Virus record (IMG/VR): IMGVR_UViG_3300034132_000016
Location: 1 to 49,015 of that record
From: a virus
Taxonomy: Duplodnaviria; Caudoviricetes
Reading direction: 5' to 3' (one strand)
Length of the DNA: 49,015 bases
The notes beneath the pieces are model-generated. The model did not search any database. It saw only the letters and a program-made list of their open reading frames with translations, and was not told where the DNA came from. Below are positions 19,303-28,860 of the stretch, piece after piece (the first letter of the stretch is position 1; each line of letters begins with the position of its first letter). The position numbers and the translations under genes were made by a program.

Positions 19303-20088
19303 ATGGTTGATTTTCCAGTTAATCTGAGAGATCGAGACGATAATAATTTCTCTCAACTTGGGGCTAAAAATGGATCGGACTTAGTTGTTCCGGCAGAGTT
19401 TCTGTGTCTCTACAATGCAGGCTCACCAATTCCCGTTGACAACACTAATCCACTCCCGGTCAGGCAAGGTACGGGAGTCACTTTTGCAAATAACATATCT
19501 CAAATTGGAGGAGCTTCTTACTCTCTTGGTCAGGGTGCGGCTGGAGTGTCTGCTCCGGTTGTTCTGGCGACCAGGCATGAGTCTGTAACAACCCCTTTAG
19601 CTGTTCAGCTATCAAATGGTTCTTCTGCTTTTGATTTCAATTCTGGTACTGCTGGATCAACAACATTAAGGACGGTTCTAGCAACCAGACATGAATCACC
19701 TGTAACTCCACTGTCAACCAGGATTACTCCTGATGGGGTAAGTTTTTATGGTCCTCAGACTTATATTGATGCCACACTATCGGCACCTGGGTTTTCAAGT
19801 GCAAAGTCTTTTGCGAACTACAGGCGAGGATCCTGCTTTTTCACTGTTGCCAACATAAACAGCTTTGTTACTGTCAGAGTTGAGGGTAGGGCTGTTATTG
19901 GATCGGGGAACTGGTTTAGTCTTTTCCCCAGATCTCCTGGAGATACTTCTCAAAGTGAAGTCATTGTAGGCAATGGAGATTATGTTTATTATTTTGAGCT
20001 TCCCTGTGGAGAAGTTCGATTTAATTTCGTCAATGAATCAGGAGGGACAAGCGCAACGATTGATGTGTTGTGGAGATTTGAACGATGA
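19303..20088 (+). CDS. virion structural (tail-associated) protein
   Basis: Internal repeat VLATRHES..TPL; beta-rich composition. Confidence 0.6.
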   Translation: MVDFPVNLRDRDDNNFSQLGAKNGSDLVVPAEFLCLYNAGSPIPVDNTNPLPVRQGTGVTFANNISQIGGASYSLGQGAAGVSAPVVLATRHESVTTPLAVQLSNGSSAFDFNSGTAGSTTLRTVLATRHESPVTPLSTRITPDGVSFYGPQTYIDATLSAPGFSSAKSFANYRRGSCFFTVANINSFVTVRVEGRAVIGSGNWFSLFPRSPGDTSQSEVIVGNGDYVYYFELPCGEVRFNFVNESGGTSATIDVLWRFER

Positions 20089-20963
20089 TTAATCTCAACG
20101 ATTCTTCAATCAATCCAGGCTATTTGGGAAATAGACAGAACGGTATGGGAGGGAGGCTGAGTTTTACTTCTGCTACTCCTGTTACTTTAGCAGATGTTAT
20201 TGGAGCAACAACAATTTATTACGTTCCTCATGTTGGTAGCAGTATTTTGCTTTGGAATGGTTCTAATTTTATATCTAGATCTTTTACTGAAATTTCATTA
20301 ACACTAGGAACATTAGCTAATAATACTAACTACGATGTTTTTGTTTATGACAATGCTGGAGTTTTGACACTTGAAGCGATTGCTTGGACAAACGACACAA
20401 CAAGAGCAACTCCATTTACAAGACAAGGTGGAATTCTAATTAAGTTTCCTGATAATAGAACTTATCTAGGAACTTTTAGAACAACATCAACAACGACCAC
20501 AGAAGATAGTAGATCAAAACGTTTTTTGTGGAATCTCTATAACAGGGTAAATCGAGAACTCTATAAACCTTATGCCAATGCAACCTGGACTTACACCTCA
20601 ACAGCAGTTAGGCAGGCAAACGGCAATACTGCTAACCAGTTAGAGTTAGTTTGTGGACAGGTAGAAAATGCTATTTCTTTAGCTTTTAGTCTATTTGCTT
20701 CTGGGGGAAATACTCAGGCGATGGCATGGTCTATTGGGGAAGACAGTACAGTCTCTCCTCATGCAGATGCAGATGTTGCTATTCTGTCTGCTGCTTCTGC
20801 AACTACAGCGACTTTAATAACACTACCAAGCAGTATTGGTTATCACAAATATTGTGCATTAGAAGCTCTTTTTAGTGGTTCCGGCACCCAGACAATGCAG
20901 GCTTCTGTAGCTGGAACTTCTGTTAGTTCTGCTTATCGCATGAGAGGAGAGTGCTTTGCTTAA
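20085..20963 (+). CDS. tail fibre-like protein
   Basis: GRLSFTSATPV, YDVFVYD, YLGTFRT, LWNLYNR motifs typical of phage tail proteins; Thr-rich. Confidence 0.65.
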   Translation: MINLNDSSINPGYLGNRQNGMGGRLSFTSATPVTLADVIGATTIYYVPHVGSSILLWNGSNFISRSFTEISLTLGTLANNTNYDVFVYDNAGVLTLEAIAWTNDTTRATPFTRQGGILIKFPDNRTYLGTFRTTSTTTTEDSRSKRFLWNLYNRVNRELYKPYANATWTYTSTAVRQANGNTANQLELVCGQVENAISLAFSLFASGGNTQAMAWSIGEDSTVSPHADADVAILSAASATTATLITLPSSIGYHKYCALEALFSGSGTQTMQASVAGTSVSSAYRMRGECFA

Positions 20964-21295
20964 TGACTGGATGTATTGCAAGAGTTCCACCGACAAAGGA
21001 AATGCAGATTGCAGCTAGACAAGGGTTGCAACTGCAACAAGAGTATGGGCGAGGGGAGTCAAAAATTCGGATGGAGAGAACTAAAGAAATTGTAAATGGT
21101 GAACCATTAGATGAACAAGACTGGCGAGGGATTGCTTCATTTCATGCCCGTTATTACGGTGACAGTCCTCCACAGCAGCAGCTAACCAGACCGGATGGAG
21201 GACCAGATGCTAGATACATTGCTGCTCTGTTGTCAGGAGGGAAAGCAGGACAGGAAACCGCTTTTAATTTAATACCAAAGCTTAATAGAAATTAA
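20963..21295 (+). CDS. conserved phage head-module helical domain protein
   Basis: P..AARQGL..GRG...SFHAR...YIAALLSGG pattern recalled from phage head-associated proteins; starts MTGCIAR. Confidence 0.5.
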   Translation: MTGCIARVPPTKEMQIAARQGLQLQQEYGRGESKIRMERTKEIVNGEPLDEQDWRGIASFHARYYGDSPPQQQLTRPDGGPDARYIAALLSGGKAGQETAFNLIPKLNRN

Positions 21296-21312
21296 GGTTA
21301 AAGCTAAAGCTG

Positions 21313-21585
21313 ATGGCAGGAAGAATTGCAGGATGTGGAGTAAAAGTTAAGGGTAAGATCACACTCGATCTTGACTCAAAGATTCCTATTGAAAATGTTG
21401 CCCACTTACTGAATCAGGTTGGATCAAATCAATCTGATTCAAGCCCAATTCCTCTTTCTTTATTGCAGCCACAGCAGGCGTCAAGCAGACGAGTTTTATC
21501 GCCTCATTACTACTCTTCTCCAGTGTTTCCAGTTTCAAGCAAGATCATGGACTACCCAGAAAATTATATTAATCCTCCGCAGTAA
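21313..21585 (+). CDS. GRIAG-motif small protein
   Basis: Starts MAGRIAG. Confidence 0.6.
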   Translation: MAGRIAGCGVKVKGKITLDLDSKIPIENVAHLLNQVGSNQSDSSPIPLSLLQPQQASSRRVLSPHYYSSPVFPVSSKIMDYPENYINPPQ

Positions 21586-21608
21586 TAGAAAGAGCAGAAG
21601 GAGTTGTT

Positions 21609-21905
21609 ATGGCTTTTTTAGGTGAGAAGTTTGGAGAAGTAGAAGCAGCTATTGGTTATTTTGGGGCTGATGTTCTGACTGGGACAGGTGTCCAAACTCC
21701 TCCTACTGGGTTTTATTGGTATTATATTCAAAACATTGGTTCAGTTGATGCGACTTTTACCAGTCTGACCGGAAATATTTCTGGAGGAACTAGTATTGTT
21801 TTGAGTTCTGGTAAAGGTTTTGGAGGAATTATTACTGCACTTCAACTGTCTGCTGGTTCAGTCATTGCTTATCGAATTCCTGTTCAGTACGCTTTTTATC
21901 GATAG
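21609..21905 (+). CDS. small beta-rich structural protein
   Basis: AGGAG RBS; LSAGSVIAY C-terminal motif. Confidence 0.6.
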   Translation: MAFLGEKFGEVEAAIGYFGADVLTGTGVQTPPTGFYWYYIQNIGSVDATFTSLTGNISGGTSIVLSSGKGFGGIITALQLSAGSVIAYRIPVQYAFYR

Positions 21906-21909
21906 AGAA

Positions 21910-22764
21910 ATGCCAAAACTTGGAATCGGCATTAGTGTTTTTGAAGGTGTCAGTAGTCAGTCTAGTGGACCTACCTATGATGCTGTTACGCTTGCCTGGA
22001 AAAGTGCAGTAGAAGCTGCTGGTGGTTCGGTTGTAAATTCAATCAATGCTGTCGATGCCTATGTTAAAGGGTGTAAAACTGATGGTATTTGGGCAAAGCT
22101 AAGTAGTGGACTGATTATTCCGGCTGCTACGGATACCTTTGTTGGATGTTTTATTCCTCTTGTAGCCCCTTCTGGAGTTATTCCTGTTAATAATAATTTT
22201 GTGGCTAGTGATTATAGCCTTTCTACTGGATTTAATCCGGGTGTTTCTAACACGACAAAATCCATCAGTACAGGTTTTATCCCAAGCAGCCATTTAGCTT
22301 CTGATAACTCTGCTCAACAAAGTTTTTATAGTCGAACTAATTCAAAAAGTTCTGGTTATCCAGGTACCATGAATGTTAGTGCAGGTACAGGCAAATGGTT
22401 ATTTTGTCTTAATTCAACAGACAATAGCAGCTATTTTGATTGTTGGGATAGTGGTGGTTCAGGACGCATTATTTCATCAATTCCCAACACATTAGGTTTA
22501 ATTTCTTCTTCAAGAATTGCTGCAAACGATTTAAGGGTTTATCGTAATGGTTCGCAGGTTGGCAGTACGGGGACTGGAACTATTGTTAGTACAAGAGCCA
22601 CTGGGCAAGTTCTCGTTTTTGCTCCCGGAGCATCTGACGCAAATGTTTATGAAAATAGGATTTGCTCCTACATTTATATAGGATCGGGCTTAACCTCCTC
22701 AGAAGAAGCTTTTCATTATTCTCGCGTTCAAACTATGCAAACTACGTTAGGGCGTAATGTTTAA
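21910..22764 (+). CDS. lectin/LamG-like virion protein
   Basis: Start MPKLGIG; YRNG motif; Ser/Gly/Thr-rich. Confidence 0.6.
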   Translation: MPKLGIGISVFEGVSSQSSGPTYDAVTLAWKSAVEAAGGSVVNSINAVDAYVKGCKTDGIWAKLSSGLIIPAATDTFVGCFIPLVAPSGVIPVNNNFVASDYSLSTGFNPGVSNTTKSISTGFIPSSHLASDNSAQQSFYSRTNSKSSGYPGTMNVSAGTGKWLFCLNSTDNSSYFDCWDSGGSGRIISSIPNTLGLISSSRIAANDLRVYRNGSQVGSTGTGTIVSTRATGQVLVFAPGASDANVYENRICSYIYIGSGLTSSEEAFHYSRVQTMQTTLGRNV

Positions 22765-23162
22765 TGGGACGTATTGCCGGATTACTTAAAAGCCCTCTAA
22801 TTCAGCCACTCGTGTTTAGTGCGCTGACTTATGGCATCGGTCGATTGTCTGGACAGGATAACCAGAGAGCTTTGTTAAACACAGTCGGAGGAGTTGGAGG
22901 GGCATACGCAGGAGAAGTATTAGCTCACCGTTATGGACCTCATATCAGCGTTAATCCAACAATTAAGGGCAGGCGGATTCCAATAAACCTGGGTAGTATC
23001 TCTGGTTCGATTGCTGGAGGTTATATCGGCACAGGTATCTCAGAAGGTATTGATCGAGTTGCAAGAGGAAATGAAGGTGATGGAGGCGAAGCTAATCCTT
23101 TCTTGCTTGCAGCAGATGAACTAGCTATGCCAGTTTTTCACATTGCTAGAGCCTTATCTTGA
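22764..23162 (+). CDS. GRIAG-motif glycine-zipper protein
   Basis: Starts MGRIAG; GxxxG repeats. Confidence 0.65.
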   Translation: MGRIAGLLKSPLIQPLVFSALTYGIGRLSGQDNQRALLNTVGGVGGAYAGEVLAHRYGPHISVNPTIKGRRIPINLGSISGSIAGGYIGTGISEGIDRVARGNEGDGGEANPFLLAADELAMPVFHIARALS

Positions 23163-23705
23163 TTTTTTGCTTTCATAACGAATCCGGTGTAGCCAGATGT
23201 TGCTAGGGTTAGCGATCGATTCTGGGCTACACAGGCGAGAAATCAGGCTTGCTGAGTAATGCAACCCTTCACCGGAAACGCTGGTATCGTAGCCCCAATC
23301 GTTCCACTCTCCATAGGGATCATTCACAATGAAGCTGCGATCGTGATTGTCGTAGCCCTTGACTACAACGATGTGCCCAAATCGAGTAAAGTAGCCATGC
23401 AGTACGCAAGGAATGCCTTTATCGATTGCATCTCGAATGTCCCTTAATGTTCCGTTTGTGGTTAGGTCATCCTTGCAATTTGGATAACTCTCTACCAACT
23501 GTTTTAGCCCACATGGGTCATGACGACTCCACCCTTTGGCGGTGCAACGAGTGTATAGCTGATCTTCTAATTGAGGATAGCTAGTATCCCCCCGGACGCC
23601 CAGAAAGTATAGAGACATTGCGATCGAGGTCACGTTGCAGCTTCCAGACGGGTTAAATTGATTATCCCTCTGACTGAAGTAAGGGAAGTTTTTTAGAACT
23701 GGCAT
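23154..23705 (-). CDS. C39-like cysteine peptidase (candidate endolysin)
   Basis: YFSQRDN, GSCNVTSIAM (Cys), GHIVVV (His), NDPYG (Asp). Confidence 0.88.
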   Translation of the reverse strand: MPVLKNFPYFSQRDNQFNPSGSCNVTSIAMSLYFLGVRGDTSYPQLEDQLYTRCTAKGWSRHDPCGLKQLVESYPNCKDDLTTNGTLRDIRDAIDKGIPCVLHGYFTRFGHIVVVKGYDNHDRSFIVNDPYGEWNDWGYDTSVSGEGLHYSASLISRLCSPESIANPSNIWLHRIRYESKKSR

Positions 23706-23722
23706 TTACCTTATTCCTATAT

Positions 23723-24598
23723 TTATTTCATCAGACTTTTGAGTTCTGTTAGTAACTGAGATTTGTTGAGTAGCTTCTGATTACAGAAGAATTCCAACAC
23801 AGGATCTTTATCTAACACCAGACTTCTAAACTCTGCGACCAGAAGAGAAAGGCGAGTTTCAAATTCAATCATTCTTTGGATTGCAACTTTGGGATTCCCA
23901 GAGTTTGTGTCATGGGGAAGGTAATTGATTTCGGTTGGGTTAGGAGTTCCTTTCAGGTAAGTCCGTCCTTCGTCAATTCTTAGAATGAATTGAAGATTTT
24001 GCTGATAGGATTCAAGACAGTCTTGAACCAATAGACCAAATCGACAGGCAACAGTTGTTGATTCAATGCCTCCGATCGTTGCGCTATAAAAAGCGTAAAG
24101 AGAAACCCCGGCAATTTCTTGAGCAGCAAGTTTTTGTAAATAGCCAAGAACTTGTGCCCAAAAGCTGCTTTCCTGTGGTTGACTACCGTTGCCTGATTGG
24201 TACTGATTTTCAGCGTTAGGGGCAAAATTAGCCTGCTGTGAAGGATAGGTAGATTCAGGGACAGAGTAAAGATACTGTCCTTGTCCTGGTTGTTTCTGAT
24301 TTTGGAGTCCCTGGTTCTGAAGTCCCTGGTTCTGAAGTCCTGGCATCCTTTGAACCTGCTGACTCTGAAAAGGCTGTGGCAGAGGGGAGTTGTTGTGATT
24401 GTTAAATTGAGTTTGTTGAGCGAGTAGTTGCTGAAGCTGACTTACCTGAGCTTGCAGATACTCTGTTGAATCACCTGGGAAAGTAGAGTTATTGGAATTG
24501 TTGAGGTCTGGGGGTAGTGTTCTAGGATCCAGTCCTTCAGGGTAATTATATTCGGAGGCAAAGTCAGTCATAAGGGCGATAATAAATGAGTGATTCAT
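23723..24598 (-). CDS. Gln/Asn-rich protein with ferritin-like C-terminal domain (putative)
   Basis: GLQNQ repeats; LQKLAAQE..Y...KDPV four-helix pattern. Confidence 0.45.
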   Translation of the reverse strand: MNHSFIIALMTDFASEYNYPEGLDPRTLPPDLNNSNNSTFPGDSTEYLQAQVSQLQQLLAQQTQFNNHNNSPLPQPFQSQQVQRMPGLQNQGLQNQGLQNQKQPGQGQYLYSVPESTYPSQQANFAPNAENQYQSGNGSQPQESSFWAQVLGYLQKLAAQEIAGVSLYAFYSATIGGIESTTVACRFGLLVQDCLESYQQNLQFILRIDEGRTYLKGTPNPTEINYLPHDTNSGNPKVAIQRMIEFETRLSLLVAEFRSLVLDKDPVLEFFCNQKLLNKSQLLTELKSLMK

Positions 24599-24648
24599 TC
24601 ATAGTTTATCTTTCCTTGCGCTAAACCTGGATAACTTGGAATTAAAAT

Positions 24649-25665
24649 ATGGTTGGCAGAACGATCAAACCGCTACAGGTACAGGTTCAAAGAGGCTTTC
24701 AAAGAGCCTTGCCTAATGATCGCAGTCAGTCATTAAGGTTCTGGCAAAATTCTGTCAATATTGAAAATGCTAATGGTATTTCTGATATACAGGGTTTAGA
24801 CTTGCCTCAAAAGATTGCCTATGGAGTTGGCAGAATAGCAGGCGATCTGGCAGGGGATTTAAGTCGAGGACTTTATTGGCGATACAACCATCCTCTAGCG
24901 ATTACCCATCAGTTAGGAGAACAAATTCCTAAAGCTGCAAGGTTTATGGACTATTCAGGGAAAGTGCCAAGATGGGCTACTGCTGCAACCGGGTTTGGGT
25001 TAGTAACTGCTTTGGATGTAGCAAGTGGGAATGTAGACTTGACCAACCTGGGAGACTTTGGTAGACCTAAAGGCTATTCTGCGATATTCGCAAGTCCTGA
25101 AGATCCAACAAAGTCTGAAGCCCCCCTACTGGAACCGATTGTAGGTTATGTTGTTGGGCGTAAAGGAAAGCTGCTTCCCTATCCGGAGTTCAATCAGGAA
25201 AGACCCGATGTTTCACCTGAAGACTATCAGCAATATAAGCAGTATCAGGGCTTTAATGTTCCCGGTCTTCTCGACTTAGAAAAAGCAAACCTACTGGCAA
25301 CAGCCGCAATTGGTGGAACTGTTGGAGCATTGACAAGAAAGCCTGGAACCAGCCTGATTAATACAGGTCGAAGGGCTGCAATTGGAGCTTTGATGGGTAG
25401 CGCTGTTCCTAAAACGGCTGAGATTGTCTCTCGAATGGGATTACTCAAAGGCACCTGGCATAATCTTGATAATGAACCGGAAGTTCAGTTGATGGGTTAT
25501 AAGGTGCCCTTGAGTGGAGCTGCAATTACAGCCGGAGTTGCAGCAGGGATGTACGGATACATGAAATCAAAATCCTATGATCCTGATCTGGATCCGTTTG
25601 CTCAGTCTCAACGAGTTAAAGAAAAGGTCATGGAGAGGTTCAAACAGCGAGGTCAAATTCCGTAA
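24649..25665 (+). CDS. GRIAG-motif protein with glycine zippers (candidate internal virion protein)
   Basis: GRIAG at residue 61; several Gly/Ala hydrophobic helices. Confidence 0.65.
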   Translation: MVGRTIKPLQVQVQRGFQRALPNDRSQSLRFWQNSVNIENANGISDIQGLDLPQKIAYGVGRIAGDLAGDLSRGLYWRYNHPLAITHQLGEQIPKAARFMDYSGKVPRWATAATGFGLVTALDVASGNVDLTNLGDFGRPKGYSAIFASPEDPTKSEAPLLEPIVGYVVGRKGKLLPYPEFNQERPDVSPEDYQQYKQYQGFNVPGLLDLEKANLLATAAIGGTVGALTRKPGTSLINTGRRAAIGALMGSAVPKTAEIVSRMGLLKGTWHNLDNEPEVQLMGYKVPLSGAAITAGVAAGMYGYMKSKSYDPDLDPFAQSQRVKEKVMERFKQRGQIP

Positions 25666-26482
25666 GAGACTCGATTGGTTCCAGTTCAAAACCCAATTCT
25701 CCCATCTGTTCTTCAGGGCTATCATTAGCTTTGATTGAGTTTGTAAATCCGTTCCCAACCGTAAAGGTGTATTTTCCATCTGTAACAATATCCAGAAACC
25801 AGAGCATGTCAGGAGATAGCCCATCCAGCTTTGTTGGATAGGTCAAAAAGAACTCTCGTAAATGTGCTCTATGGAAATAAATATAGCCAGCTAACCCCTT
25901 CCTTTTTTTAGGCTTGAGGATTTTCCTGTACTGAGGAGTGTTGATGACGGTGCGAAACCACATATAGCCGCAATTTAATCCTTTGCAAATTTCAGAGATT
26001 GTGAAATAGGTGCTACTGCACAACTTGATACTGATTTGCAGTTGGGTTAGTCGTTTTTTCAAACCTCCTTCATTAAGCGGAAAGAGGTTGAAGTCTTTTC
26101 TGATTTTATTAAATCGCCTGAGTAGAACTGGAAGTGGATATTCTCCTGCATTCTCTCTTAACCATTCATTCTCAACTTCAAGCTGTCTACCTCTGGCGTA
26201 GTGAATTTTGAGATCAAGATTTAATGCTTGAATTTTTTTCTTGACTGATTGATTGGATCGAGTGGGAAAGAATGGCATTAGTGCTCTCGCTAGATGAGCC
26301 TGACAAATGGAAGGATTTTTTTGAACAATCTCAAGTGCTTTAATTCTGAACTGTTCCAACTCTTCTTTAGTCCATTTGACCTTATCTTGTTTTTCTGTAG
26401 TTTTATTGGTTTCAGTCATAATCTTTTCCTTTATGAATAGTTTTGTTCTTAGACTGTTTTTAATGAGTCTATCAATCATCAA
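25640..26482 (-). CDS. basic putative DNA-binding protein
   Basis: Lys/Arg-rich with HTH-like segments (FTISEICKGLNCG). Confidence 0.55.
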   Translation of the reverse strand: MMIDRLIKNSLRTKLFIKEKIMTETNKTTEKQDKVKWTKEELEQFRIKALEIVQKNPSICQAHLARALMPFFPTRSNQSVKKKIQALNLDLKIHYARGRQLEVENEWLRENAGEYPLPVLLRRFNKIRKDFNLFPLNEGGLKKRLTQLQISIKLCSSTYFTISEICKGLNCGYMWFRTVINTPQYRKILKPKKRKGLAGYIYFHRAHLREFFLTYPTKLDGLSPDMLWFLDIVTDGKYTFTVGNGFTNSIKANDSPEEQMGELGFELEPIESLTEFDLAV

Positions 26483-26582
26483 AATAACAAAAAAGAAGCC
26501 TCAATCGAGACTCAATGCTACGATTAATAGGAATCGCTTGAAACAGCGATGAATAATGACTCACAGGGATGAGTAGAGCCTT

Positions 26583-27047
26583 ATGATGCAGACTGGAGCA
26601 GGAACAGGCAGGATTGCAGGAGTGCTGGCAGGAGGTAAAAATCTAGCCGGAGGACTCTATCAGTTTGCAAAGAATAATCCTTTGCTGGCTGGAGGAGCTT
26701 TGGCAGGGGTAGCCGGAACAGGCTATCTAGCGTACAACCGATTAATCAATCCCACATTCTCTGGTCCTTCTCAGGCAGAAATGGTAGCTCAGACTCAGGT
26801 GCCATTTCAGGAAGCGAAGGGACAGGGGCAGATACCGACTCAATCAATTTCTAAATATAATTACGCTCCAAATCCGCAAAGTGTTGAGGCTAACTTTTCT
26901 AATCTGCCTCAATCTATTCCGAATGGCTATTTAGATCCTGTTGTGGTTGGGAAAGAGCGTTTGCGCCTTCAGAAGGAAAACGAGACTTTAACAAACGACT
27001 ATAAACTCAACTCCATTTATCAGCAGTCCCTCGGATACAGAAATTAA
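26583..27047 (+). CDS. GRIAG-motif protein
   Basis: TGRIAG at the N-terminus; Gly/Ala hydrophobic helix. Confidence 0.65.
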   Translation: MMQTGAGTGRIAGVLAGGKNLAGGLYQFAKNNPLLAGGALAGVAGTGYLAYNRLINPTFSGPSQAEMVAQTQVPFQEAKGQGQIPTQSISKYNYAPNPQSVEANFSNLPQSIPNGYLDPVVVGKERLRLQKENETLTNDYKLNSIYQQSLGYRN

Positions 27048-27058
27048 AATTACTAGAG

Positions 27059-27448
27059 TTGTTAATCATGATGCAAACAAATTACAGACGATCTACTGCT
27101 GATTATCGACCAATTCCTGAAATGGACGATATGGCTCCAGGAATGCGAGTTCCGCCGATGGATTTAGGGATTGGTGGTATTGCTCCCGGAAGCGATCCAC
27201 GCAGAATGAAAGCGGCACAAATGTTAGATGGCATTTTGAGATCTCAATTTATGCAGTCTCCGAATGTACAGCAGGGACTTGGAGCAGCAGCAGCCGGAGC
27301 AGCCGGATACGGGCTGACTCAGGCATTCAATCAGGTATCTCCATTTGATGTTGATCCTGCTATTGGTGGGATTGTCGGAGCAGCAGTAGGAGGAGGAGTT
27401 GCGACCAACCTTCTGCGTCGGGCAATGGCAAGAAAAGGCATGGGTTGA
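27059..27448 (+). CDS. glycine-zipper protein
   Basis: GLGAAAAGAAGYG and GGIVGAAVGGG segments. Confidence 0.6.
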   Translation: MLIMMQTNYRRSTADYRPIPEMDDMAPGMRVPPMDLGIGGIAPGSDPRRMKAAQMLDGILRSQFMQSPNVQQGLGAAAAGAAGYGLTQAFNQVSPFDVDPAIGGIVGAAVGGGVATNLLRRAMARKGMG

Positions 27449-27458
27449 GTGAGTTCAA

Positions 27459-27749
27459 ATGGATAGCTTTAATTGGGTCGATGAAAAAAAAGCCAAACAG
27501 AATAAAGCCCTTGATGCACTTCAGGGGGCTTTATCGATTGGGGGTTTTGTTCCGGTTCTTGGGGCTATTCCTGACCTGGCTAATGCCGGAATTTCTGCGA
27601 TGCGGGGTCGATGGGCTGATGCCGGAATTAGTGCTCTGAGTGCTCTTCCGTTTGCCGGAGATGCTTTTGGAACGATTAATCTTGCCTCAAAAGCTGGACG
27701 AATTGCAGGAGTTGGAGAGGAAGTAAGTAAAGCAGGGAGGCTTCTGTAA
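27459..27749 (+). CDS. GRIAG-motif protein with pre-toxin-like helical hairpin
   Basis: LD..GFVPVLGAIPDLANAGIS..RG.WADAGISALSALPFAG. Confidence 0.6.
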   Translation: MDSFNWVDEKKAKQNKALDALQGALSIGGFVPVLGAIPDLANAGISAMRGRWADAGISALSALPFAGDAFGTINLASKAGRIAGVGEEVSKAGRLL

Positions 27750-28009
27750 TGGCTATTGGCGCAGGTATGGGTGGACGGATTGCCGGATTAGGGAAAGGTG
27801 TAATGAGACTAGGGGGAGCAGCCTTAAACTCCCCGTTATTGTGGATGGCTCCAATGTTTCTTCCGATGGGAGGGGGAGGTAGTCCTGAATCTTCTTCTAT
27901 GTCAGGTAAGCCAGTTCCACCTCCGTACTTAGACGAGTTTACTAAGCGCTATATGCTTGAGACTCAGGCGATGAATGATGCTCAGATGCTAGGGCAACAA
28001 TTTAAGTAA
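27749..28009 (+). CDS. GRIAG-motif small protein
   Basis: MAIGAGMGGRIAG. Confidence 0.6.
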   Translation: MAIGAGMGGRIAGLGKGVMRLGGAALNSPLLWMAPMFLPMGGGGSPESSSMSGKPVPPPYLDEFTKRYMLETQAMNDAQMLGQQFK

Positions 28010-28042
28010 AAGCAAAGCTTTTAGATAAAGTGCTAAACAAAT

Positions 28043-28846
28043 ATGGCATACGAAGTTAAACAAGGTCCGAATTGGGGTCCATTAGATTATATAAATCCTC
28101 TCAAGTATGAGTGGTCGCCTCTTCGTCAGCTTGAGAAGAATCAGCCTGGGTATGCTGGTAATCGTCTTCAAAGAGCTTTGGATGTTGGTGATTATGACGC
28201 AGCAGGTCAGGCTTATCAGCAGTTTGAACCTAAAACACAACAGGAATTAGAACAGGCTAATCAAGCAAGAAGAATCTTAAGTGGTCGAGAACAACAGCTT
28301 AAAACTGAAGCTGAAGGGAAGGTTCTTGGTCAATTCAAGGAGTATGGGGATTATGACCTTGGCAGACAACAGAAGCTACTTGAAAGACAGATTGCAGGAC
28401 AAACAGCCGTAACTCGGATTGGCGCAGATGCCAGTATCAAACAGGCAGAGTTAGGCGCAGGAGCATCTATCTTCGGCTCACAGGTTGGGGCTGAAGCTTC
28501 TAAATACGCTTCGTTAATGGGAGCAGATGCCTCTAAGTACGGTTCTCGGATGGGGGCTGAAGCTTCAATGTACGGTTCTCGGATGGGGGCTGAAGCTTCT
28601 AAATACGCCTCCCAAATGGGGTATCAGGGAGCAGTTGATACTGCACGAATCGGACTTCAGGGGATTCAGAATACAAATTTGACCCAGAAGCAAATAGCTG
28701 ACATGACTTCAAACAGGCAACTCAGGCTTGGGTTAAGTCAGGATGCAAGTCAACGTATTGCTGGAGGACTGCAATATGGTTCTCAGAACAGGAGAGGACT
28801 TGAGGCTCTAGCAGCAAATGTTCTTCAACGCAGTTCATTTAGATAA
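28043..28846 (+). CDS. helical protein with 11-aa repeats (candidate ejection protein)
   Basis: About five GA(E/D)AS(K/M)Y(G/A)Sxx repeats; QRIAG variant. Confidence 0.65.
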   Translation: MAYEVKQGPNWGPLDYINPLKYEWSPLRQLEKNQPGYAGNRLQRALDVGDYDAAGQAYQQFEPKTQQELEQANQARRILSGREQQLKTEAEGKVLGQFKEYGDYDLGRQQKLLERQIAGQTAVTRIGADASIKQAELGAGASIFGSQVGAEASKYASLMGADASKYGSRMGAEASMYGSRMGAEASKYASQMGYQGAVDTARIGLQGIQNTNLTQKQIADMTSNRQLRLGLSQDASQRIAGGLQYGSQNRRGLEALAANVLQRSSFR

Positions 28847-28860
28847 GTAGGTAGTAAAAC

